This document shows positions 26,770-37,058 of a DNA stretch of 64,000 nucleotides, in pieces. Within the stretch, counting starts at the first letter, position 1. Each line of letters opens with the position of its first letter. The notes below the pieces were generated by a model that saw only the letters and a program-made list of their open reading frames with translations, had not been told where the DNA came from and made no database searches. The position numbers and the translations under genes were made by a program. Source of the stretch: Alkalispirochaeta sp. (lineage in GTDB: Bacteria; Spirochaetota; Spirochaetia; DSM-27196; Alkalispirochaetaceae); the NCBI GenBank assembly GCA_965601925.1, contig OZ271854.1, positions 4,896,001 to 4,960,000 of the forward strand. Direction: 5' to 3'.

Positions 26770-28071
26770 CTAAGGGCCACCGAGGAATCTATTCGTTAGA
26801 TAAAAAATGACCTCCTCGCCTATCGGATAAAAAAACGACGTGTGGGCGTTCAGACGAATGAATCGTCTGTGAGTACCGTCGAACCTGTCAAGGACATGTA
26901 TACCGTGTCGCCATGTTGAAAGGACGACTGAATCTCCGAAGACCGCAACAGGACTCGTCACCGCCGGACGACCGAGCTGTAGGTCTACACCATAACGACT
27001 TAGGAAGTCCAACTCCAACCAGGTATCGACGGCCCATAACAGTTCGCCGTCCTCGGTTTCAAAGGCGTACACAACTCCCCCATCGTTTCCAACATACACC
27101 ACGCCATCGGCTACAGTAATCCCGGCGGAGAGAGACCCATTAGTATCACGACGCCAACGAACGTTCCCGGTTTGCGCATCAATGCTCCACACCTCGTCGT
27201 TCGGTCCGTTTGTATATATAGCTCCTTCGTCGAAGACAAAATACATCGAATGGGCGTATAGATCGCCGGTCGGATTGGGAAAAGTGATGCCCCATATCAA
27301 CTCGCCGGAAGCGCGATCGATACGCAGAAGGTTGTGCTCAAAAAAATCTACGGCATAAAGATAGCCGTCGTAATGTAGTACTTTCGGAAACATGAGAGAT
27401 GCTGAGAACCAATCATTCTCCCACCTGAGACTGAGATCATGAACATCAAACGCGAGTATTCTTGATACGTTGGCATCAGTGTCACGGTAAATCAAAAAAA
27501 TCAAATCACCCGGTATAACCAGTGAGAGATTGTGAGTAAACTCTAATGCCATAACAGCGTGTGTGAACTGTCTCGGAGCTACCTCGGTAACTCCGGTACG
27601 CAGGTCTACACTTCGGACAGTGTGGTCGGCAACGATGATCGCAGTGTCGTCGGACAATACACGAAACGTATCAATGTTTCGTACAGGTCTATCAATTCTG
27701 ACGATTTCACCGGTATCCAAATCGAGAATTCCTTGAGTATTAGTCGCAATAAGAAGAAGATGTGTATCATGATAAAATTTTTCTTCTACGTGTCCCAATG
27801 TGTTGATAGGCCACGTATGGATCAGCTCGCCGGTACGGGCGTCATATACATGGACATCGTGCGAAATGGCAAAAGAAAAAGGATTTTCCGACATCCGCTG
27901 CAGTGATAGCCTTCTCGAACTAAACGTGCCGCGCTCGACACGATATGTATTCATGTTAAGGCGATAGTGTGCTTCGACCGGTACAATCGGTTCCGCCTGC
28001 AAACCTACAAGATTAGATGCAAGCGTGATTACTGAAAATCCTATTAAAAGATTCTTCTTAAAAAAAATCAT
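26770..28071 (-). CDS. Secreted PQQ-like (BamB-like) beta-propeller repeat protein
   Basis: Signal peptide; repeats IDAQTGNVRW, VADGVVYVG..GGVVYAFETEDGELLW; AT-richer than the flanks. Confidence 0.85.
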   Translation of the reverse strand: MIFFKKNLLIGFSVITLASNLVGLQAEPIVPVEAHYRLNMNTYRVERGTFSSRRLSLQRMSENPFSFAISHDVHVYDARTGELIHTWPINTLGHVEEKFYHDTHLLLIATNTQGILDLDTGEIVRIDRPVRNIDTFRVLSDDTAIIVADHTVRSVDLRTGVTEVAPRQFTHAVMALEFTHNLSLVIPGDLIFLIYRDTDANVSRILAFDVHDLSLRWENDWFSASLMFPKVLHYDGYLYAVDFFEHNLLRIDRASGELIWGITFPNPTGDLYAHSMYFVFDEGAIYTNGPNDEVWSIDAQTGNVRWRRDTNGSLSAGITVADGVVYVGNDGGVVYAFETEDGELLWAVDTWLELDFLSRYGVDLQLGRPAVTSPVAVFGDSVVLSTWRHGIHVLDRFDGTHRRFIRLNAHTSFFYPIGEEVIFYLTNRFLGGP

Positions 28072-28144
28072 ACAATACTCTTTCTCGCAAGGCATAAGTA
28101 TATAATCATTTCAAATGTTTTTACTAAGATCTGGTAAGGTAATC

Positions 28145-29344
28145 ATGAAAACACTTTTTAAGGGAAAACATCTTATGATGTTGAACAAAAGACTACTTAC
28201 TGTCGCCATACTTGTTTTTTCCTTTTCAGAAGCACATGCTCAGCTCTTTTTCGAGGATGATGGAATGGTCGACGAGGATTTTGGTCTTGTAATCGATGAT
28301 CACGCGCCTTTGCTGTTGCGGGACGGAACGGTAGTTACACTATCACGCGCCACGATCCTCGAAGTTATTTCGGAGGGCGCCCTCGATCGCAACGGCCCGC
28401 CATGGCGCGAATACATTGTACGCCATGACGGAGCGACGGGAACGATAGACGCCTCCGCCGTTGCGCTCATGACCGATTTTGGAGATCGCTCCGCGGGTAT
28501 CGTGCGCAACATCTATGAACAAAAAGATCGATGGGGCGGAGTGATAATAATTGAGTATCACAGTATCGTCAGTTATGCAGACTCGCGTATTCTTATTAGA
28601 CCCGACTTTTTTTCAAACGAGTCTTATGGCCGCACGGCGTTGTATCGTTCTTTTGTTGAACAGGACGTAAACAATGATAGTATGCCGGAGATCGTGGCAC
28701 AATTTGATGAGTACGGTGCCTATTGGCAAAGCAGCTTGCAAGTCACCGCCGGCGAAGCTTGGTTTGCGTGGCGCGACGGCCTAAGTCGCATCTTTTCGCA
28801 CGATAGAAGCTCGGTGGGCACAATCGATACAACCACGATTCTTAGAGGCAGCGCATATGTCCTTCAAGATGCAGACAGCGATGGCTTCTACGAGATGGTC
28901 GTCGAACGCGAGGCTCGTCAAAGGCACAGCGAATACTCGCCTGACGCCCAAGATCACTACTACTACTTTACGATTTATAACGTGTGGAATGGCACGACAT
29001 ATGAGAGGGCAGATGCGTATCCGGCCTTTGGACAGACAACCGCGCCGGGATTACGATTGCGCGAACAGCCCTCACTCGACTCACCTATCGTCGCCACTAT
29101 GAGGCAAGCAACACCCCTTGTACTTTGGGATAGAGGGACCAGTCGAGAGAGCATTGCCGGTCATTCCGAGTACTGGTACTTGGTCGGTCTACGCTCAGAG
29201 CAAACGGGATGGGCCTTTGGTGGCTTCATCGAAGACACGGCAGAGGTAGATTACTCGAACGTGGATGATTTGAGATTGTACGGTACGCCAAAAAGACCGT
29301 CCGAGGATGTCTCCAGACAGGGCCTTTCTTCTTTCGCTTGGTAA
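28145..29344 (+). CDS. Secreted protein with C-terminal bacterial SH3 domain
   Basis: Signal peptide ending AHA-Q; DVNNDSMPE and DADSDGFYE Ca-binding-like loops; GLRLREQPSLDSPIV...YWY...GWAFGGFI SH3b motif. Confidence 0.8.
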   Translation: MKTLFKGKHLMMLNKRLLTVAILVFSFSEAHAQLFFEDDGMVDEDFGLVIDDHAPLLLRDGTVVTLSRATILEVISEGALDRNGPPWREYIVRHDGATGTIDASAVALMTDFGDRSAGIVRNIYEQKDRWGGVIIIEYHSIVSYADSRILIRPDFFSNESYGRTALYRSFVEQDVNNDSMPEIVAQFDEYGAYWQSSLQVTAGEAWFAWRDGLSRIFSHDRSSVGTIDTTTILRGSAYVLQDADSDGFYEMVVEREARQRHSEYSPDAQDHYYYFTIYNVWNGTTYERADAYPAFGQTTAPGLRLREQPSLDSPIVATMRQATPLVLWDRGTSRESIAGHSEYWYLVGLRSEQTGWAFGGFIEDTAEVDYSNVDDLRLYGTPKRPSEDVSRQGLSSFAW

Positions 29345-29392
29345 CGCAACACGTCGATATAGCCGGATGATACAGCCTACTTCAGTTTAGCC

Positions 29393-32191
29393 TCACACTA
29401 AATTATGCCGTCGCGCCGTCTCCATGAGGCGGCGATTCCACGCGTTGTCGTTAAGAAAGCGCATCTTGTCGCGATAGTCGTCGATGCGGCTGGTGCGTTC
29501 CTGTACGAGCTTCACCGATTTGCCCAAGACGGTTATCCGGTCGTCGCGGTCCGCCGATCGCTCGGTCGGTAGAACGCTCGAATAGAGGTAGTTGTACCAT
29601 CCGGTGTACGGGTCGATATGCACTCCCTCGTCGCCGCGAGTCAGGCCGTAGAAGATCGGTACGGCCTCGTCCTGGCGACCCGTCTGAGCCAAGGCCCACG
29701 CACGATAGGCGCTTATGATCCGTGCCAGCTCGCTATTGCCCGGCTTGTCGGCAATAACGAGGTCCTCCATCGAGGCGAATCCGTTATCCCAGCACACGCC
29801 CAAGCGGGGCCAACGATCGGTGCTGGACTCCAGGTACTCGGCCTCCTCCAACAGCTCGATTGCGGGGTCGAACTGTCCTTCACGGCCGTGTGATTCGGCG
29901 ACAAACAGCAACATCTCGGCGGTTCTGGGAAGTTCGGAGAGCGCCGCGCGCACGATGTGCACGTCCTCGTCGGCGTGCATGAGGGCGCGATGGCGCCACG
30001 CCGAGCCGGTCTGTGCGGGTTGATCCATGCCGCAGGCGGCGGCCCATCGTTCCATGAGGGCGAACTTCCCCGCCGCAATGCGATATTCGCCGAGTTCGAA
30101 GGCCACGCGTCCCTGGGCGAACCAGGCGAGCATCAGCCATTCGGAAAAGCCGTTGCGGAGGAGCGGTTCGGCGAGCTCGGAGAACATCGTCGCGGCGCGA
30201 CTCAAGTTGCCGACCAGGAAAAGCCGAATCGCCTCCAGCGAGCGGGCGATCAAGTCGGTCGCCGGATCGCCTCCCGCCTCCTCACGGGCAAAGGTCAGGT
30301 AGTGGCCGGAGTCGCCCATCCGTCGTTGAGCCAACAGTATGCGCGCCATTAACAGGTGGCTCGCCCCCGGTTCGTCTATTGCCGCTTGCTGCTGCAACAT
30401 CGTAGCGCGCTTGGCGTACGTTAACGCACCCTCATAGTCGCGTTCGGCGAGAAGGTATTCCCCCATGCTCAAAGACAGATCGATGCGCACGGAAGCGGGA
30501 ATACCGGCGGCCTCGATCGTGTCCACGATCCGATCGAAGTCATCCCGACACATCGCCGGGCCGCGGCTGTCGCGCAGAAAGAGACGGATACGCGCGCTCG
30601 CCTCGCTCGTTCGCCAGATACGGTTGTCCGTGCCGTCCTCTTCTACGGCGCGGTCGAACGCGGCGAACGCGGCGCCGCCAGCGAGGTTGTGAATCAGGCG
30701 ATGCCACGTTTCGTGGCGCCGCTCGCCGTCCAAGTCGGGTTGAATGAGGTCCCAAATCGCCGGTGTGAGGTGTATCTCACCGGACGCAAGGCGATCGATG
30801 AGAAACCGCGCAAGCGCTCTGTCTATCGTTTCGCGCTGATCGCGACCCAGAAGCCCGTCCAGAATCATCGGCGCGGCGGGATGCACATCGACTCCGTCTT
30901 CGACCGAAAGCAGCCCGACGTGCCACAACTCTCTGAAGATCCGTCCCCGCTCCGCTCGTGAGATGCCGATGAGGGGGAAGAGCTCCTCGAGGACGCTCTC
31001 GTCGAACGCCCCGTCGAGCCGGCACAGGAGGTACAACGCCTTTCGTTCTCGCGTTCGCAAGCGTTCAATGTCCGGATCTTGGCGGGACCAGTATCGATAC
31101 GCTGCAGCGTAGCGCTGCGCTCCGGCCTCCATTCCATCCTCGGCCGTCACGTGCACTTCGAACCACGGAGTATCCTCGTCCGTCGCCGGTACCGGAGCGC
31201 CGGCCGCGGCGCGAGCGGTTACGACGATACGACAGAGCGGCCCCGACTCATCGGATAGATGCGTCAGTGCGTCGATCCTCGTCTCCTCGTCGCACAGATC
31301 GAAGTCTCGCAACTCGATAACGGTATCGCGGCCGGCGACGCGCAGCGCATGCAACCAACGCCCGAGAAGGAGTGAGAGCTCGCCGACGCGCCACCCCTCC
31401 GAAAGATAGATCCCGCCGGCGTGGGCGATCCGGTCCCGTAGGGAAGAGAGCGATTTTTCCCACTCTTGAGCCATCGCGTCGTCGACGGCTTCTCCCTCTT
31501 TCGGCTTACGATTCGGGAGTTCCTGCACGATTTTCTGGAGTAACGCGACGACGGGCATGGACGAGCGACACTGGACGACGATCCGGTCCGTTAATGCCGC
31601 GGTACCGGCGGCGAGGCCCTCGGCCAAGACGGTGGTGTCGTCGCCTCGCACCCATACGGCGCGCGCATCGCGTGCGAGCGCGTCGGAGACTCGTTCGGTC
31701 ACACGCTCGTCGGAGACGTACGAGTGATACGATTCTCCCCGTCGTCCCCCGTCGCCGTCGAACGAGACGATGCGATACAGAGATCTCTCCGGTTCGCTCC
31801 GCACGAACGGCCCCACCGCCGCGTGAGCCCCGTGGCTCAGATACGCGGCGTTCTGTTCTCTCGCGAAGCGCAGCGCCCTCCGCATGAGCTCGGCCGCCGC
31901 GGGCATGTCGTCGGTGTCGCGGTAGTCAAGCAACACGACATAGTCCAACAGCTCCTCGGCCCGCGTGCTCAGCACCTGAAGCGTTTCCCGCACCGCCGCC
32001 ACGATCTGCTCGGGCTCGATATGGACGTCCTCGCGCTGGCGAAAGAGGTACAGATCACCGTCTCTCTGGGCCGGAATGCAGCCCGCCTCGGCGAGCGACT
32101 CGGTGAGTTCGTCGTCGAACCGGCGAAATCGTTCGGGATGAATGCGGGCGATCTGGCGCACCCCCGCGGCTTCTACGAGCAGGTAGTACAT
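29393..32191 (-). CDS. Large helical/TPR-repeat hypothetical protein
   Basis: 932-aa ORF with host-like codon usage and TPR-like helices in the C-terminal half. Confidence 0.8.
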   Translation of the reverse strand: MYYLLVEAAGVRQIARIHPERFRRFDDELTESLAEAGCIPAQRDGDLYLFRQREDVHIEPEQIVAAVRETLQVLSTRAEELLDYVVLLDYRDTDDMPAAAELMRRALRFAREQNAAYLSHGAHAAVGPFVRSEPERSLYRIVSFDGDGGRRGESYHSYVSDERVTERVSDALARDARAVWVRGDDTTVLAEGLAAGTAALTDRIVVQCRSSMPVVALLQKIVQELPNRKPKEGEAVDDAMAQEWEKSLSSLRDRIAHAGGIYLSEGWRVGELSLLLGRWLHALRVAGRDTVIELRDFDLCDEETRIDALTHLSDESGPLCRIVVTARAAAGAPVPATDEDTPWFEVHVTAEDGMEAGAQRYAAAYRYWSRQDPDIERLRTRERKALYLLCRLDGAFDESVLEELFPLIGISRAERGRIFRELWHVGLLSVEDGVDVHPAAPMILDGLLGRDQRETIDRALARFLIDRLASGEIHLTPAIWDLIQPDLDGERRHETWHRLIHNLAGGAAFAAFDRAVEEDGTDNRIWRTSEASARIRLFLRDSRGPAMCRDDFDRIVDTIEAAGIPASVRIDLSLSMGEYLLAERDYEGALTYAKRATMLQQQAAIDEPGASHLLMARILLAQRRMGDSGHYLTFAREEAGGDPATDLIARSLEAIRLFLVGNLSRAATMFSELAEPLLRNGFSEWLMLAWFAQGRVAFELGEYRIAAGKFALMERWAAACGMDQPAQTGSAWRHRALMHADEDVHIVRAALSELPRTAEMLLFVAESHGREGQFDPAIELLEEAEYLESSTDRWPRLGVCWDNGFASMEDLVIADKPGNSELARIISAYRAWALAQTGRQDEAVPIFYGLTRGDEGVHIDPYTGWYNYLYSSVLPTERSADRDDRITVLGKSVKLVQERTSRIDDYRDKMRFLNDNAWNRRLMETARRHNLV

Positions 32192-32229
32192 CGTTTAAGA
32201 ATATCGGCGAAAGAGCGAAGCCGGTTGAT

Positions 32230-32949
32230 TCACTCGACGGGCGATATCTCGATGTCGAGGATCTCGCCCTCCTCTACGTAAAAGCGCAGGATGAGCGACG
32301 CCTCGGTGGAGAACAGTAGTATGTACTCGCGCACCGCCGCGCGCTCTCGATCGGGCGAGTCGCCGTCGACGATGCGGTAGACCGCCTCCGCGGATCCCCG
32401 CGACGCAATCTCGGCGACCACCGCATCCATCACGAAGGACGGCACCGTGTCGGTTATCGGTGTTGCGGCACCCGACTCCTCCGTCGATTCGTTCCCCTGG
32501 GCGATACGAACGGCCTCCTCGTCGATCGGCCCCGTCCCCGCCAGGGTCTCGCCGTCCAAGAGTAGGATTAGTACCGCCGAGTCGTCGGGGGCGGACCGCG
32601 CAAAATGGGAGACCGTCCCGTTGAGGTCCATTGCCCACCGTTCGACGGCACCGGCCGCGGGCCCGGTGATCGGCACCAAACGCGTAGACTCGTCCCGGTC
32701 CACGGCGGGGTCGTCGCCTCCGTCCTCGATTTCGGTCGGGGTATCTACCATCCGTATAGCCCGCGCGTCGCCGCCCTCCGATGTTCGTATTCCCCCGTCG
32801 GCCGCCTCTCCGCCGCCCCGCTCCTCGGCCGGCGAGGCTCCTTCGGCGCGTCTCTCCAGCTGTGCAACGATGAAGAGACCGGCGAGAAACACCGCGATGG
32901 TCAGGAGAATGATACCGAGGGATCGCAGGCGGTCTTTACCAAGAGTCAC
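32230..32949 (-). CDS. Membrane-anchored hypothetical protein
   Basis: Single TM (LGIILLTIAVFLAGLFIVA) followed by an acidic domain; GTG start is uncertain. Confidence 0.65.
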   Translation of the reverse strand: MTLGKDRLRSLGIILLTIAVFLAGLFIVAQLERRAEGASPAEERGGGEAADGGIRTSEGGDARAIRMVDTPTEIEDGGDDPAVDRDESTRLVPITGPAAGAVERWAMDLNGTVSHFARSAPDDSAVLILLLDGETLAGTGPIDEEAVRIAQGNESTEESGAATPITDTVPSFVMDAVVAEIASRGSAEAVYRIVDGDSPDRERAAVREYILLFSTEASLILRFYVEEGEILDIEISPVE

Positions 32950-33002
32950 CGGCCAATGGTAGTATAGCGGCCGGACATAGTTCAAGAAATCGGAGATTCC
33001 CC

Positions 33003-34271
33003 ATGCAAAACGGCCAGACGATCTGGCATCATATCGAGACGGAGTACACCGCGCCGGTGCGTGATCCCCTATGGAGTCATATTTACCTGTCACCGGCGAT
33101 GATGCGCCTCGTCGATACGAGTGAGTTCCAACAGTTGAGTCGCATCAAGCAACTGGGCCCTACCTACCTCGTCTATCCGGGAGCGACTCACACGCGCCTC
33201 AACCACAGTTTGGGGGTGTTTCATATCGCCAAGCGCATCGTCATGCGCTTGGTACACCACCCGGACGCGCCGGAGCTCACCCTGGAGGGCGTAAAGGCCT
33301 TCTTGGCGGCCGCACTTCTCCACGATGTCGGGCATTTTCCCTACACTCACAGCTTCAAGAGTCTGCCGTTGGTTGAACACGAACAACTCACCGCGCGCAT
33401 CGTCACCGAGGGGACGTTGGCGCGACGGATCCGCGACGAGCTCAACGTCAATCCGCGAGACGTCGCGGCGATCGTCGACGAATCGTTGGATACCGGCGGT
33501 AACCCCGAGATCGTCCTCTATCGGAATCTTCTCTCCGGAAGCCTCGACCCGGACAAGTTGGACTATCTCAACCGCGACGCCTATTTCTGCGGTGTTCCCT
33601 ACGGCCTGCAGGACATCGACTTCGCTTTGAGTCGCGTGGTACCGGTCGGATACGACGGGATCGGTCTGGAAGCGTCGGGCGTATCGGCGGTGGAGAATAT
33701 TCTCTTCTCAAAATATCTCATGTACCGCGCAGTGTATTGGCACCGGACGGTTCGGGTTGCGACCGCGATGATCAAAAAGGCCGTTCATATGGGGCTGCAA
33801 CACGGCGCGATTCAACCGAACGATCTTTACGGGCTCGACGACGAGCTGTTCATTACCCGTTTTACCGACCATACCTTTCCCGCCTTTACATTGATTGCGC
33901 ACGTAGGGACGCGCCGCCTGCTCAAGCCGGCCGCCGACATCCCCTTCGATCCCGCCGATCCCCGCCATCACCGACTCGCCGACATGGCGACGCGGCGCGC
34001 CATGGAAGCGAGCTTGGCGTCAGAGCTCGGCATTCCCGAACACCAGGTCATCATCGACCTGCCGGACCCGATCTCCTTCGAGGCGCACTTTCCGATCTTT
34101 GAGGAGGGGCACGCCCACGAGTTTGCCGAGAAGAGCGTCTTCTCCGCCGACGTGGTGCACCGATTTACCGAGACCATACGGCGCATCCGCCTGATCATTC
34201 CCCACGAGACGGCCGACCGACTCGGCGAGGCGCGAGGTCACCTGGAAGCGATACTCGACGATGTGGTCTGA
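33003..34271 (+). CDS. HD-domain phosphohydrolase (SAMHD1/YdhJ-like dNTPase family)
   Basis: RIKQLG...YPGATHTRLNHSLGV...LLHDVGHFPYTH...DKLDYLNRD...MYRAVYWH. Confidence 0.93.
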   Translation: MQNGQTIWHHIETEYTAPVRDPLWSHIYLSPAMMRLVDTSEFQQLSRIKQLGPTYLVYPGATHTRLNHSLGVFHIAKRIVMRLVHHPDAPELTLEGVKAFLAAALLHDVGHFPYTHSFKSLPLVEHEQLTARIVTEGTLARRIRDELNVNPRDVAAIVDESLDTGGNPEIVLYRNLLSGSLDPDKLDYLNRDAYFCGVPYGLQDIDFALSRVVPVGYDGIGLEASGVSAVENILFSKYLMYRAVYWHRTVRVATAMIKKAVHMGLQHGAIQPNDLYGLDDELFITRFTDHTFPAFTLIAHVGTRRLLKPAADIPFDPADPRHHRLADMATRRAMEASLASELGIPEHQVIIDLPDPISFEAHFPIFEEGHAHEFAEKSVFSADVVHRFTETIRRIRLIIPHETADRLGEARGHLEAILDDVV

Positions 34272-35034
34272 TCTCCTGACCGCGCAACCGCCGCCGGTGG
34301 TGATGCGATTTCTCAAGCGCCTCGGACGTGGTATTAATCGGTACGCGATGATCGGCGACGGAGACCGCGTGCTGGTATCGGTCTCGGGCGGCAAAGATTC
34401 CCTCGCCCTCGCCTACGGCCTCAAGCTCCGTCTCCGGTTTCTACCCATCAGCTACGAGCTCTATCCGGTTATGATCAACTGGCGCGAGCACCCCCATACG
34501 AGCGAGCGTGTCGCTTCAATTCGCGCCTTCTTCGACGCGCTGGAACTGCCGCTCCATATCATCGAGGCCGATATGAAACCCGAATCCTTCGGCGGCCGCT
34601 TCGATTGTTATCGGTGCGGGCGCAATCGACGACGCATACTCTTCGATTTGGTACGGGAGTGGGAGGGCCGTCCCCTCATCGCCACCGGTCACCATCTCGA
34701 CGACATCGTACAGACCACGCTCATGAATATGTGTTTTCGCGGCTCGTTTTCGACGATGAATCCCGTTCAACCGTTTTTTGACGACGCGCTGCGGGTCGTG
34801 CGACCGCTCTGCGAGGTGCGGGAACGGATGATCATCGAGGTGGCCGAGGCCGTAGCGCTTCCGGTGGGTTCGATCGATTGCCCGTTCCGGGAGCGCAACA
34901 TCCGCACGCGCGTCGCACCGGTGATAGATGAGCTGGAGCGCATCAATCCCGGTGTGCGTGAGAACATCTATCGCTCCCTCCACCGCGTCGACCGTGAGTA
35001 TCTTCCCACCGCCGTCGACGGCCGCAGGCTGTGA
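34261..35034 (+). CDS. ttcA: tRNA 2-thiocytidine biosynthesis TtcA-family protein
   Basis: PP-loop SGGKDS, CYRC, ATGHHLDD, VVRPL and CP motifs. Confidence 0.85.
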   Translation: MWSDLLTAQPPPVVMRFLKRLGRGINRYAMIGDGDRVLVSVSGGKDSLALAYGLKLRLRFLPISYELYPVMINWREHPHTSERVASIRAFFDALELPLHIIEADMKPESFGGRFDCYRCGRNRRRILFDLVREWEGRPLIATGHHLDDIVQTTLMNMCFRGSFSTMNPVQPFFDDALRVVRPLCEVRERMIIEVAEAVALPVGSIDCPFRERNIRTRVAPVIDELERINPGVRENIYRSLHRVDREYLPTAVDGRRL

Positions 35035-35448
35035 CGGGGCGCAGCGTACGAAGGCGCGTGTGCGAACCATAAACGCGGACGGAAAACGTCGTCGATCGCT
35101 CAGCAGACGAAGACGTCTGAAGCCGCGCTCGCCACCGTTCTCCACCCTCAAGTGATATCTCCCGCGCCCCGGGGAAGGGGCACACCTCCCCGGCTTCGCC
35201 CGCAGTAAGCTCCCACACCACTTACGAAGCTTACCCGTCACAGTCTGATGCGCGAGGGATCGAAAGGGACCCGTAGGGCGTCTTGCGCAGCAAGACCGGA
35301 GCGGCAGGCGGGCGCACGGCGTTCACGTACCGCAGCCTTCGGCAAGGGACGTGGACAGAGTAGCTCGCCGTAGAGCCGCGGAGCCCTGCAGAGCCCGGTC
35401 TCCCCGCCATGCCCATTGAGGACGAGACACCCCGGTGGAACTACGCTG

Positions 35449-35523
35449 GGAGTGGGGGACGGTGGCGGGCGCGACTTCTGGCGTCTGCGCCTGCATGAGT
35501 GACCGACGCCGTCCCCCACTCCC
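35449..35523. repeat. Long GC-rich hairpin within a 570-bp structured intergenic region
   Basis: GGGAGTGGGGGACGG ... CCGTCCCCCACTCCC, a perfect 15-bp inverted repeat with an inner stem. Confidence 0.7.
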
Positions 35524-35607
35524 TTCTCCGAGTCACCGGGGAGACGCGCCCGGTTACCGGCGAGTTGTGACGGCGCGTGTGATGATATACACTCTCAGAG
35601 CAGCGCT

Positions 35608-36066
35608 ATGAAGCAAAATCGTTTAATGCAGGAACGCATTCGTCGCACCACCATCCTCCTTCGTGAGCTCGGCTACGAGATTCAGGAGGGCGAGGTCGCC
35701 GACGACAGCTACAGCGCCGGGTTCGTCACGCCCGACGGGTTTCAAGCGGGATTCTTCATCGATGCCGACTCCAAGTTCCTGGAACTGGTCTTCACCTTCA
35801 CCTTCGGTAAGGGCATGGCCGACTTTGTCCGGGAGCGAATCGAGGAGGTGATGCACACCCTCTACGAGTACGGCTGTTACTTCACGCTACAAATCGATCA
35901 AGAGGAGATCAGCTACACCATCTTTTCCAAGATCTATTTCGCGGGGCTCAACTACTTTGCGCTCAAGGAGACGATTCGCGATTTTCGAGACGCGGTCGAT
36001 GCAAATCAGGAAATTTTTGAAATTCAATTAGAAAATGAACAAGGAGCGTCCTATGGCGATTCATAA
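35608..36066 (+). CDS. Hypothetical protein (possibly YbjN/T3SS-chaperone-like fold)
   Basis: Acidic 152 aa, overlaps the next gene; fold is a guess from the secondary-structure pattern. Confidence 0.7.
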   Translation: MKQNRLMQERIRRTTILLRELGYEIQEGEVADDSYSAGFVTPDGFQAGFFIDADSKFLELVFTFTFGKGMADFVRERIEEVMHTLYEYGCYFTLQIDQEEISYTIFSKIYFAGLNYFALKETIRDFRDAVDANQEIFEIQLENEQGASYGDS

Positions 36067-36733
36067 CCTTATGGAAGAGCTCGCCGCTTCGGTGCTCGAC
36101 GAGGTATGCAAGGATGACCAGGCCGGAAGCCGACGATACTGCGCGAGCGAACAGTGCCGTACCGATGCGCTGTGCTACATACTCAACCGCATCCCACCGC
36201 GATACATCAGCTCCGGTCGCGGATTCGCCCACCTGACCGAAGAGTTACAGGACGATCAACAACTGATGATCGATGTCGTGCGCCTCGTCCATGAGGGGCT
36301 TCAACGGGTGAGCGCCGTCAGACGCACGTTCTACGATGTGGAATCGAAAGATGCACTTCAGGGGGCGTGTTTCAACTTCCCGACCATCAAGGGGCGCCTT
36401 TTGGACGGCGCCGGATTTCTGCCCGTTTCCGAGGTCGACGTCCAGCTCTTCCTCGACGGCGCATTGGTCGACATGTTCGATCAACGGTGGTCCAATCCGT
36501 ACCACGTGTCGGCGCAGACGCCCGGCACCTTCATCTTCTGGCCCGCCCCGATCAGCGTAACCGAGACCGGCAGCGACCGTAAGTTCGAGTTCGAACTACG
36601 CGTCGAGGAGCCCGGCTTCGATCCCCTTACCCACCTCTTTACGCTGGAGCTGACGAGCGAAAGCGGGGCGGAAGAGGTGTTCAACCTGGAGCGCGACCAC
36701 AAACTACCCGACTTGTACCTCTTTCGCCGGTAG
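36053..36733 (+). CDS. Late competence development ComFB-family protein
   Basis: IHNLMEE...C...CRTDALCYILNRIPPRYISS; AAGGAG RBS. Confidence 0.85.
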   Translation: MAIHNLMEELAASVLDEVCKDDQAGSRRYCASEQCRTDALCYILNRIPPRYISSGRGFAHLTEELQDDQQLMIDVVRLVHEGLQRVSAVRRTFYDVESKDALQGACFNFPTIKGRLLDGAGFLPVSEVDVQLFLDGALVDMFDQRWSNPYHVSAQTPGTFIFWPAPISVTETGSDRKFEFELRVEEPGFDPLTHLFTLELTSESGAEEVFNLERDHKLPDLYLFRR

Positions 36734-36766
36734 CGGCAGGGGTGCGGCCCGTCCCCGTCGCGCCGG

Positions 36767-37057
36767 TCAGTCGTAGATCTCGGTGTGGGTCTGGACGTCT
36801 TGAAGGCGCCCCGGCAGGTTGTGCTCGACGAAGGCGAGTACCTTCTGCATGACCCGCTCCCCGTGCTGCTTGTCGTTACTCACCAGCGCGACGCCGATCT
36901 GGGCAAAGGTGAGGCTCTCGTGCAGATCGACCTCCGCGGCGCTCACGTGAAACTTACGAATAACCCGGTCCCTCAGTCCGTGGACGATGCGTCGCTTGTC
37001 CTTCAGCGACTCCATGTCCGGAAGCTCGAGAACCATCATGAGCATGGACACGGTCAT
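36767..37057 (-). CDS. DUF503 (YlxP) family protein
   Basis: SLKDKRRIV...KFHVSAAEVD...IGVALVSND. Confidence 0.9.
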   Translation of the reverse strand: MTVSMLMMVLELPDMESLKDKRRIVHGLRDRVIRKFHVSAAEVDLHESLTFAQIGVALVSNDKQHGERVMQKVLAFVEHNLPGRLQDVQTHTEIYD

Positions 37058-37058
37058 C

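Noticed and set aside
35244..35270. Hammerhead-like CTGATG...GAAA
   Set aside because: The core reads CUGAUGC rather than CUGANGA, and stem II cannot form.
35434..35446. T-box-like GGTGGAACTACG
   Set aside because: No specifier stem or U-tailed terminator is evident, and the downstream gene is unrelated to amino acid metabolism.
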